A DNA stretch of 64,000 nucleotides, from NCBI GenBank assembly GCA_963782055.1, contig CAWAIF010000002.1:192001-256000 (forward strand). The letters run 5' to 3'. Below, piece after piece: positions 56,546-64,000 of the stretch. The notes below the pieces were generated by a model. The model saw only the letters and a program-made list of their open reading frames with translations, searched no databases and was not told the DNA's origin. Each line of letters starts with the position of its first letter. The first letter of the stretch is position 1. Origin of the DNA: an uncultured delta proteobacterium. Its GTDB lineage: Bacteria > Myxococcota_A > Polyangia > Polyangiales > Polyangiaceae. The translations under genes were made by a program, and so were the position numbers.

Positions 56546-57493
56546 TCAGGCCACGGCGAGGACGTGCATGGACACCTGGTGGCCGGGGTCGAAGAGCACC
56601 TGCTCCGAGCGCAGGCCCGCCCTGGTGGCCATGGCGACGAAGCGCTCCGGTGACCACTTGTAGCAGTGCTCGGTGACGATGGGCTCGCCCGGCGCGAAAG
56701 TGAAGGTGTGATCCGCCACCGTCACACGCTCCGGATGGCGGCTGACGAGCTGCATCTCGATGCGGCTGGGGTCCGGCTGCCACTCGGCGCGGTGGGCGAA
56801 GTGCGCCAGCTCGAAGTCGCCGCCCGCCTCGCGGTTGATGCGATCGAGCAGGTTGCGGTTGAAGCGCGCCGTCGCCCCGGCCGGGTCGTCGTAGGCGCGC
56901 TCCAGCGTCTCGCGGTCCTTCGGTACGTCCACGCCGACGATGACGTGGCCGCCGGCGCCGGCGACGCTCGCGGTGCGCCGGAGCAGGGCGACGGCCTCGC
57001 CCGGCTCGAAGTTGCCGATGCTCGACCCCGGGAAGAAGACGACCGTCCGCCCGCCCTCCGGCGCGACGTGGCCGAGGTCCGGCAGCGGCCGGGAGTAGTC
57101 CAGCACCAGCGGCGTCACCTCCAGCCGCGGGTAGCGGGCGCGGAGCTCCTGCGCGGTGTCCTCCAGGTGACGCGCGGAGATGTCCACCGGCACGTAGCGC
57201 GCGAGGGAGGTCGCCCGATCGAGCACCAGCCGCGTCTTGTGGCTGCTGCCGCTGCCCAGCTCGACGAGCGTCGCCCCGGGGCCGATGACGTCGACCAGGG
57301 CGCCGACGTGCTCCTCCAGCAGCGACGTCTCCGCGCCTGTCAGGTAGTACTCCGGCTGGCGGCAGATCTCGTCGAAGAGGAGCGAGCCCTTCTTGTCGTA
57401 GAAGTACTTGCAGGGCAGCGTCTTCGGGGAGGACGCGAGACCTGCGAGGACGTCGAGGGCGAGCTGGCGCGTGTGCGGCGCTTCGAGCGTCAC
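56546..57493 (-). CDS. egtD: L-histidine N-alpha-methyltransferase
   Basis: KYFYD…LFDEIC…[37 protein letters not shown] overlap with egtB. Confidence 0.93.
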   Translation of the reverse strand: MTLEAPHTRQLALDVLAGLASSPKTLPCKYFYDKKGSLLFDEICRQPEYYLTGAETSLLEEHVGALVDVIGPGATLVELGSGSSHKTRLVLDRATSLARYVPVDISARHLEDTAQELRARYPRLEVTPLVLDYSRPLPDLGHVAPEGGRTVVFFPGSSIGNFEPGEAVALLRRTASVAGAGGHVIVGVDVPKDRETLERAYDDPAGATARFNRNLLDRINREAGGDFELAHFAHRAEWQPDPSRIEMQLVSRHPERVTVADHTFTFAPGEPIVTEHCYKWSPERFVAMATRAGLRSEQVLFDPGHQVSMHVLAVA

Positions 57494-58737
57494 GTCCACC
57501 TCGCGAGGCGCACTCCCGTCATCTGCCAGCGGGTGTCCGGGGGGAAGAAGTTGCGGTAGCTCGCGCGGAGGTGATCCCTCGGTGAGAAGCACGACCCACC
57601 GCGGAGGACGAGCTGGTTGCACATGAACTTCCCATTGTACTCACCGAGCGCGCCATCGAAAGGGCGGAAGCGCGGGTAGGGCACGTAGGGGCTGGCGGTC
57701 CACTGCCAGGCGTCGCCGAACATCTGCCCGAGGCCCGCGGCAGGCGTGGCGCGCGCGGGATGGAAGCGCTCGCTCTCGACGAAGGTCCCCTCGACCGGGA
57801 GCGACGACGCGGCGAGCTCCCACTCGGCCTCCGTGGGGAGGCGCGCGCCCGACCACCGCGCGAAGGCGTCGGCCTCGTAGTAGCTGACGTGACAGACGGG
57901 GAGGTCGGGGTCGAGCGGCTCGAGACCGCGCATGGTCCAGAGGGAGGCGGCGCCAGCATCCCAGTAGAGCGGCGCGCGCCAGCCGTGCCGCCTGCACGCG
58001 TCCCAGCCGTCGGAGAGCCAGTGCGCAGGCTCCTCGTAGCCGCCGGCCTTCATGAAGGCGAGCCACTCGCCCTGCGTGACGAGGCGCGCGCCGAGCTCGA
58101 AGGGCTCCAGCCAGACCTTGTGCCGCGGCGTCTCGTTGTCGAAGGCAAACCCATCGCCAGCATGCCCGATCTCCACCAGGCCCCCCTGCAGCTTCACCAT
58201 CTCTTCCCCGCCTCTCCACGCCGTGGTGAGGGGGTCGGGGGGCGAGGAGGCGGTGAGGTACGCCACCCTCTGCGGGGCGAGGACGAGCGCGACGTCGGTG
58301 AGGAGGAGCTCCTGGTGTTGCTGCTCGTGGTGCATGCCGAGTTGGAGGATGGATGCCGCGCGCGGCTGCGCCGTTGCGAGCGCGGGCAGGCGCTCGGTCA
58401 CCTCGGCGTCGATGGCGGCGCGGTAGCGATGCACCTCCTCCAAAGACGGGCGCGTCAGCAGGGAGCGATCCCCGCGGGCTTGCCGCTCGCCGACGGCCTC
58501 GTAGTACGAGTTGAACACCCAGTCGAAGTGCGCGTCGTACGCGCGGCGGCCGTCGACCAGCGCCTCCAGCAGCATCTTCTCGAAGAACCAGGTGGTGTGC
58601 CCGAGGTGCCACTTGGTGGGGCTCGCCTCCGGCATGGCCTGCGCGAACTGGTCGTCGCGGGTGAGCCGAGCGGCGAGCGCGACGGTGCGCGCGCGGACGT
58701 CTCGGAAGCCTCGAAGGAGCGCGCCGAGATCTGCCAT
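57490..58737 (-). CDS. egtB: ergothioneine sulfoxide synthase
   Basis: [28 protein letters not shown] iron ligands, FDNE, EYNGKFM, YRNFF. Confidence 0.95.
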   Translation of the reverse strand: MADLGALLRGFRDVRARTVALAARLTRDDQFAQAMPEASPTKWHLGHTTWFFEKMLLEALVDGRRAYDAHFDWVFNSYYEAVGERQARGDRSLLTRPSLEEVHRYRAAIDAEVTERLPALATAQPRAASILQLGMHHEQQHQELLLTDVALVLAPQRVAYLTASSPPDPLTTAWRGGEEMVKLQGGLVEIGHAGDGFAFDNETPRHKVWLEPFELGARLVTQGEWLAFMKAGGYEEPAHWLSDGWDACRRHGWRAPLYWDAGAASLWTMRGLEPLDPDLPVCHVSYYEADAFARWSGARLPTEAEWELAASSLPVEGTFVESERFHPARATPAAGLGQMFGDAWQWTASPYVPYPRFRPFDGALGEYNGKFMCNQLVLRGGSCFSPRDHLRASYRNFFPPDTRWQMTGVRLARWT

Positions 58738-58775
58738 CACCGCATCCGCACCATCCGTGGCACGATAAGCCGCGC

Positions 58776-60173
58776 ATGGCGCCGCCGCAACGACTCACGC
58801 TCGCCGACGTGCGCTGGCACGGCCCCCAGCTCACGATGCGCTTCGAGCTGGGGGCGCACCCCTTCGACACCACGGTCTGGTACGGCGACGTGGATCTGGA
58901 CGCGCTGGAGCGGCGCCTCGGGACCGAGGCGATGGAGTGCCTGGTCTTGCACCTGGCCGCCTTCGAGATCAACAAGCTGTGCAGCCTGCGGCCGGAGGAG
59001 ATCCACTTCGGGCGCTTCGGGCGGTTCGTGTCGCCGCGCTTCGTGGAGACGTGGACGCGGGTGCTGGTGAAGGTGTGGGCGCAGTGGCGCTACGAGCACG
59101 ATCTGCCGCACTGGAGGGGGCCGCGCGTCGTGCAGGAGGCGACGGGGAAGAGCGTCCCTGCGGCGCTCCCGGCGCAGCGGGAGGGGGAGTCGCTCCTCTT
59201 CTTCGGCGGGGGCAAGGACAGCCTGGTGGCCGCATCCCTCCTGGACGGGGCGGGCGTGCCGTGGGCGAGCCACTCCTATGCGCACTCGGCGTACGGGCCG
59301 CCGGAGCCGCAGCTCCGGTACGCCGGCGCGCTGCTCGACACGCTCGGCCCGAGGCGCCGGCACGCGCAGTGGATCGCCGACAGCGCCTTCGCCGCGCCGC
59401 TGACGCGCCTCTTGCCCGAGCGCGGGGCGAAGAGCTTCACCGCCGCCGAGACGCCCAGCTCGGTCTTCGAGGCGCTGCCCCTCGCCCTGACGCACGGCTA
59501 CGCGCGCGTGGTCCTGGCGCACGAGCACAGCGCCAACCGCGGCAACCTGATCTGGGAGGCGACGGGGGAGGACGTCAACCACCAGTGGGGCAAGTCGTGG
59601 GAGGCGGAGCGCCTGCTCGCCAGCTACATCGAGGAGGAGCTGGTGCCGGGCTTCCGGTGGTTCAGCGTGCTGCAGCCGCTCTCCGACGTGCTCATCTTCG
59701 AGCTGCTGCGCGACACCGGCGAGGCGGTGCTGGGCACGCACTCGTGCAACGTGCAAAAGCCGTGGTGCTACCGCTGCGCCAAGTGCGCGTACGTGGCGCT
59801 GGGGTACGCCGCGCACCTCCAGGACGGCATCTACGAGCGCGTCTTTCGCGAGGACGTGCTGGACCTGCCGGAGAACGAGGGCTGGTTCCGGGGGCTCATG
59901 GGCCTGGGGGAGCACACGCCCTTCGAGTGCGTGGGGGAGGTGGGCGAGACGCGGCTGGCGCTGGCGCTCTGCGCGGCGCGCGGGCGGCGATCGCGGGCGG
60001 TGCGGATCTTCCAGGAGGAGGTCGGCGCGGTGAACGTGGAGGAGGTGCTCGCCCGGTACGGTGTGGTGCACGAGCCGCACGGGATCCCGCCGGAGATGGC
60101 GGGGGCGATCTTGCCGCGGATGCGGGAGGCGGCGCGGACGGCGCGGGAGCGGATCGTCGGGTTGTTGGGGTAG
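58776..60173 (+). CDS. MurL-like PP-loop ATP-dependent enzyme (peptide epimerase family)
   Basis: GGGKDS, EHSAN, VNHQWGKSWEAE, SCN, WCYRCAKC, PFECVGE, matching my recollection of MurL motifs. Confidence 0.72.
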   Translation: MAPPQRLTLADVRWHGPQLTMRFELGAHPFDTTVWYGDVDLDALERRLGTEAMECLVLHLAAFEINKLCSLRPEEIHFGRFGRFVSPRFVETWTRVLVKVWAQWRYEHDLPHWRGPRVVQEATGKSVPAALPAQREGESLLFFGGGKDSLVAASLLDGAGVPWASHSYAHSAYGPPEPQLRYAGALLDTLGPRRRHAQWIADSAFAAPLTRLLPERGAKSFTAAETPSSVFEALPLALTHGYARVVLAHEHSANRGNLIWEATGEDVNHQWGKSWEAERLLASYIEEELVPGFRWFSVLQPLSDVLIFELLRDTGEAVLGTHSCNVQKPWCYRCAKCAYVALGYAAHLQDGIYERVFREDVLDLPENEGWFRGLMGLGEHTPFECVGEVGETRLALALCAARGRRSRAVRIFQEEVGAVNVEEVLARYGVVHEPHGIPPEMAGAILPRMREAARTARERIVGLLG

Positions 60174-60361
60174 AGGGGCCCCTCCTCGCGCCATGCTCGG
60201 GCTCGTGCTCGCCTTCGCGCGCGCCGTCGATGTGTGCATCACGCGACGCCCTGACCTCTGCGCCCCACGCGTCAGATCGGGGCGCGCCTCGCGTCGGTGC
60301 GCGCTTCCGAGCGACGTGCTCTTCGCGCGCGAGGCTCGGCTCGCGCGAGAGGGATCCTCCG

Positions 60362-61003
60362 ATGAAGAACCGCTGGCCGCGCCTGGCCGCCCTCTACGAC
60401 GCGATCTGTCGCGACGCGACGCGCCTGAAGGAGTGGGCGCTGCGCGGGCCGGACCCGCTGGCGGAGTGGCTCGAGAAGCCGCGGTTCTTGATCGTCGAGT
60501 CGCTCGACGGCGGGGGGTACGAGGCGCGCGTCCAGTTCGATCGCGTCGTGGCCGTCATCGCGTCCGTGGTCGGCGCCGTCTGGCTGGCCGCCACGGTCGG
60601 CGTGGTTGCGGCGGCGGTGCGGCGCGGCGAGTGGATGCTGCTGCTCCTCGCCGGGCCTCACGGGTTCACGGGCTCGCAGATCGCCCATCGGGCTGCCACC
60701 GGCCTCGTCAACCAGGTCCACGTTCGCATGGGCGCAGGCCGGCTCAGGCTGGAGAGCAAGCCGCTGCCGCACGGCAGGCACATCGACTGCGCCCTCCACG
60801 AGGTCTCCTGCTTCTTCGCTCGCGCGGAGCGGTCGGGGCGCACGTCGAGGTGGTGCCTCTTCGTCGAGCGGACGGACGGAACCTCGCGCAGGTTCGACGC
60901 CCCGGTGTACGACGACAGGTGGGTCGGCGCAGCGGTCGAGGCGTTCAACCAGGCGCTGGCGGCGGTCAGGATCGCGTCGCGGGCCACGCCGTACCGGGAG
61001 TGA
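60362..61003 (+). CDS. hypothetical membrane protein (two TMs plus C-terminal beta-rich domain)
   Basis: Two hydrophobic segments; ends in PYR motif. Confidence 0.6.
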   Translation: MKNRWPRLAALYDAICRDATRLKEWALRGPDPLAEWLEKPRFLIVESLDGGGYEARVQFDRVVAVIASVVGAVWLAATVGVVAAAVRRGEWMLLLLAGPHGFTGSQIAHRAATGLVNQVHVRMGAGRLRLESKPLPHGRHIDCALHEVSCFFARAERSGRTSRWCLFVERTDGTSRRFDAPVYDDRWVGAAVEAFNQALAAVRIASRATPYRE

Positions 61004-61034
61004 GGGCCACGGCAGGTGAGGCGCGCGGCGTCCG

Positions 61035-62216
61035 TCAGTCCGGGTACGCGGCGATCAGGGCGCCGAAGCTCTGGTCGAGCGTCGTCGTGGCCGCGGGCGT
61101 GGCGCAGTTGGTCGCGGTGACGTACGCCAGGTTCTTCGCCGGCGCGAGCCACGCGGTGGCGAGCCACATGGTGTTGCTCCCCGTGTGCGTGAGGGCGGTG
61201 CCGCCGGCCCACGGGCGCTGCACCACGATCCAGCCGTCGGCGTAGTCGCCGCCGCTCGGCGGGGTCTGCAGGTGCTGGATGGTCGCCGCCTTGACGATCG
61301 TGTCCTCGCCGCGCGCGCCGGCGAGCTGGATGGCGAGGAACTTCCCCCAGTCGGCCAGCGAGCAGTGCACCGTGCCCGCAGGCCCGAGCGACGGCGGGTT
61401 GTCGGCGCCCGTACCGGGCGAGACGGGCGTGAGCACGCCGGCGTCGTCGCCCCGGTGTCCCCACGGCTCGTCCACCTGCCCGGGCGTCCCCGGCGCGCCG
61501 AAGCCGCAGGAGTCCATGTGGAGCGGCGCGAACAGGGACGAGGTGATGATCTCCTCCCAGGTCTTCCCCGCGACGCGCTCCAGCGCGGCGCCGGCGATCA
61601 TGTACCCCGCGTTGGCGTAGACGTACGTGCCCGGCGGCTGCGCGGGCGGGCGGGAGAGCAGCGCGCGGACGGCCTTGATGCGCGCGTCGGGCGCGGCGCC
61701 GTCGGCCACCATCTGCGACCAGATGTCGGCGGGCATGGTGCCGGGCGCGCCGCCGCGGTGCTGCAGGAGCTGCTCCAGCGTCACGCCCTGGTAGCCCGGG
61801 TCGATGGTCTCGCCGGCGAAGAGCGCTCCGATGGTGTCGTCGAAGTGCAGCTTGCCCTGGTCGACGAACATGCCGACGAGCGTGGCCGTCATCGCCTTGG
61901 TGTCGGAGCCGAGGTGCCACTGGTCGGCCACGGTGGCGAGGTTCGGGTCGCCCACCTTGCGCACGCCGGTCACGCCGATGGCGACGAGCTGATCGCCGCG
62001 GAAGACGGCGCCGGCGAGGGCCGGCATGCCGGCGTCGGCGCGGTAAGGCTCCAGCGCGGGGCCCAGATCGTCCGGTGCGGGCGCGTCGGAGCCCGCGTCG
62101 CCGGGTGGCGCGTCGACCGAGGCGTCGGCGGGCGCCGCCGGGCTCGTCGTGGAGCACGCGGAGCAGCCTGCGCACAGGAGGGCGGTGGCGGCGAGCCCGT
62201 GCCGAGGCGCGTTCAT
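61035..62216 (-). CDS. serine hydrolase, beta-lactamase/AmpC-like family lipoprotein
   Basis: SDTK (SxxK), LLQHRGG, YAN (YxN), HTGS; lipobox-like Cys in the signal peptide. Confidence 0.9.
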   Translation of the reverse strand: MNAPRHGLAATALLCAGCSACSTTSPAAPADASVDAPPGDAGSDAPAPDDLGPALEPYRADAGMPALAGAVFRGDQLVAIGVTGVRKVGDPNLATVADQWHLGSDTKAMTATLVGMFVDQGKLHFDDTIGALFAGETIDPGYQGVTLEQLLQHRGGAPGTMPADIWSQMVADGAAPDARIKAVRALLSRPPAQPPGTYVYANAGYMIAGAALERVAGKTWEEIITSSLFAPLHMDSCGFGAPGTPGQVDEPWGHRGDDAGVLTPVSPGTGADNPPSLGPAGTVHCSLADWGKFLAIQLAGARGEDTIVKAATIQHLQTPPSGGDYADGWIVVQRPWAGGTALTHTGSNTMWLATAWLAPAKNLAYVTATNCATPAATTTLDQSFGALIAAYPD

Positions 62217-62254
62217 GGCGCCAGTCTACGCCAGGTTGCCGGTATGCTCGACGG

Positions 62255-63115
62255 GTGGCGACGCGCCTCTACGTCATCCTCGCCCGCACCAAGCGCACCG
62301 CCGTGGTGTTCCGTCGCGGGCCGTCGAAGCAGGTGCTCGTCCTGCGCTGGGACCTGGAGCGCGACCGGCTGGAGCCGGGCCAGTGGCTCAAGGCGCGCAT
62401 CTACGAGCGGCGGTGCGATCTCTCGCCCTCGGGCGACCTGCTGGTGGTCTTCGCGGCGAGCTGGAAGGGGCCCTACCAGAGCTGGACGGCGGTGAGCCGC
62501 GCGCCGTACCTCACCGCGCTCCTGCTGTGGGCGAAGGGGGACGCGTGGGGCGGGGGCGGCCTCTTCGAGGACGAGCGCACCATCCTGCTCAACCACGCTG
62601 CGTCGTCGTCGGTGCCGCCGCCGACGCTCGGCAACGTGCCCAGGGCCATGCGCGTGCGGCCGCTCCACGCCGGACGCGGGGAGGACCACCCGATCTGGCA
62701 CGTGAGGCTGGTGCGCGACGGCTGGACGCTGGTGAAGAGGGGGCGGGAGTCGGAGAACTCCTGGCGCGCGCCGGTGTGGATCACCTACGACCCGCCCTTC
62801 GTCTACCGCAAGCCGCAGCCGCACGGCGACGCGGCGCTGGAGATGCACCTGCTCGGCGTCCACGAGAAGGACGGCGACTGGCACGTGACCGCGCACGAGG
62901 TGACGCGCGGGGGCGAGGTGATCGCCGCCCTCGGCCGGAGCGATTGGGCGGACTGGGACGCGACCGGCGATCTGCTCTACGCGAAGGCGGGGCGGCTGTA
63001 CCGCCTGGCGCGCAAGGACCTCGCCGACCGCTCGCGTGCGCGGGAGGTCGCCGACCTCCGCGAGATGCGCTTCGAGGAGCGCAAGGCGCCGGCCTGGGCG
63101 ACGCGCTGGAAGTGA
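62255..63115 (+). CDS. Trp-rich hypothetical protein
   Basis: GTG start, strong codon bias, motifs RRGPS, CDLSPSG, WTAVS…PY, WGGGGLF, WADWD. Confidence 0.72.
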   Translation: MATRLYVILARTKRTAVVFRRGPSKQVLVLRWDLERDRLEPGQWLKARIYERRCDLSPSGDLLVVFAASWKGPYQSWTAVSRAPYLTALLLWAKGDAWGGGGLFEDERTILLNHAASSSVPPPTLGNVPRAMRVRPLHAGRGEDHPIWHVRLVRDGWTLVKRGRESENSWRAPVWITYDPPFVYRKPQPHGDAALEMHLLGVHEKDGDWHVTAHEVTRGGEVIAALGRSDWADWDATGDLLYAKAGRLYRLARKDLADRSRAREVADLREMRFEERKAPAWATRWK

Positions 63116-63125
63116 CGCCGCGGTG

Positions 63126-63851
63126 CTACCGCGTCTCGAGCGCCAGCAGATCCCTCACCAGGAGCGTTGCCCCGTCCTGCACGGGTACGGGTAGCCGGAC
63201 CCGCACGGGCGGATGCGAGAGCGCGACGAGCCACGGGTCGGTGACGCCGTGACGAACGAGGGCGGCACACGCATCCCGAACGCGCCTCTCGTCTGCCGAC
63301 GGAGCGGCGTCCAGGGCGGTGCGCGTGAGACGTAGCGACACATGCTCGCGCGCGCCGGCTTCTCCCGGCGCCACGACGTGCGCGCCAGCCACGGCCCAGG
63401 CGAGGAAGCGGGCACGCCGCCCGTCGGTCCCACCGTCCGTTCCGTGCAGCGTCACGCTCGGGTCGGCGCACGTCTCGGACACCGATGCGGTGAAGCCGTC
63501 CGGCGCTCTCCACTCCCTCATCGTGAAGTCCAGCGCGGCGCTCATGGCCACGGCGTGGCCCCGCATCCAGCCGTCCAGCCGCTCCGACGGGTCGTCGGTC
63601 TCCAGGTACAGGGGCATGGCCTCGGCCACCCGGTGTTCGACCATGGCCTCCAGATCATCGGCGAGCGCCTCGACGTCGCCGGCCGGCAACCCCCGAAGCA
63701 GCACCGTGGCCGCCTGGTCGTAGCGAGGCCGTGCCGGGTGCCCGGTAGAGTGACGCGTGACGCGCAGGCAGGGCTCGCCACCCGCCGTTCGCGTCGCGCC
63801 ACGGGGAGCGCTCACCAGCGCGAGCCCTACCAGCGCCACGAGCCACCGCAT
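63126..63851 (-). CDS. exported hypothetical protein
   Basis: Signal-peptide-like N-terminus; 2 bp downstream of another minus-strand gene. Confidence 0.55.
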   Translation of the reverse strand: MRWLVALVGLALVSAPRGATRTAGGEPCLRVTRHSTGHPARPRYDQAATVLLRGLPAGDVEALADDLEAMVEHRVAEAMPLYLETDDPSERLDGWMRGHAVAMSAALDFTMREWRAPDGFTASVSETCADPSVTLHGTDGGTDGRRARFLAWAVAGAHVVAPGEAGAREHVSLRLTRTALDAAPSADERRVRDACAALVRHGVTDPWLVALSHPPVRVRLPVPVQDGATLLVRDLLALETR

Positions 63852-63853
63852 GC

Positions 63854-64000
63854 TCAGTGCCGGGTCGCCGCGAACTCGAAGGTGCCGCTGCCGTCAGTAG
63901 GCACGCTTTGTCCCGTGATCGTGTTGCCGTCGGCCGACAGCGTACCGAGCACGGTGCCCAGCGTCTTGTAGTACGCGTTGGAGCTGGTCGGGCAGGCGCC
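63854..64000 (-). CDS. C-terminal end of a gene that starts beyond the window
   Basis: Open frame GACPTSSNAYYKTLGTVLGTLSADGNTITGQSVPTDGSGTFEFAATRH*. Confidence 0.55.
   Translation of the reverse strand, partial: GACPTSSNAYYKTLGTVLGTLSADGNTITGQSVPTDGSGTFEFAATRH

Noticed and set aside
58758..58773. TGGCACG between egtB and the MurL-like gene as a sigma54 promoter
   Set aside because: Good -24 element but no TGC at the required -12 position.

Overview
High-GC (about 70% by eye) window that looks myxobacterial, probably Polyangiales-like. This is inferred from five Hanks-type Ser/Thr kinases, a three-bactofilin cluster and many lipoproteins. The housekeeping backbone includes purB (partial), rnj, pcrA/uvrD, galE, pyrE, a PEP-synthase regulatory protein, a thiolase, purS, purC and egtB-egtD. 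The standout region is about 14.8-27.7 kb: a gas-vesicle-type operon (gvpJ, A, F, G, L, S, a third L/F, K; no gvpN, gvpC or gvpO seen) translationally coupled to a hybrid kinase with an Hpt domain, a PAS histidine kinase and a response regulator. A sigma54 activator gene precedes it and a Ser/Thr kinase-globin-(pseudo)alpha/beta-hydrolase fusion follows it. Three sigma54 -24/-12 motifs (before the divergent receiver gene, the gvp operon and the globin kinase) each carry a related GTRGC-N5-KKCAC box 40-45 bp upstream, suggesting one regulon that may respond to O2 or another gas. Other notable items: an orphan protein whose C-terminus matches the T3SS needle (SctF/PrgI) pattern, an orphan SctL/FliH-like gene, a 25-aa hydrophobic small ORF with a sequestered ribosome-binding site, tandem 69-aa lipoprotein paralogues, a MurL-like PP-loop enzyme divergent from egtBD, a putative His/Cys protease lipoprotein, a GT-C glycosylation cluster and four stop-codon-adjacent REP-like palindromes. 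All calls come from motif recognition by eye; no database search was run.
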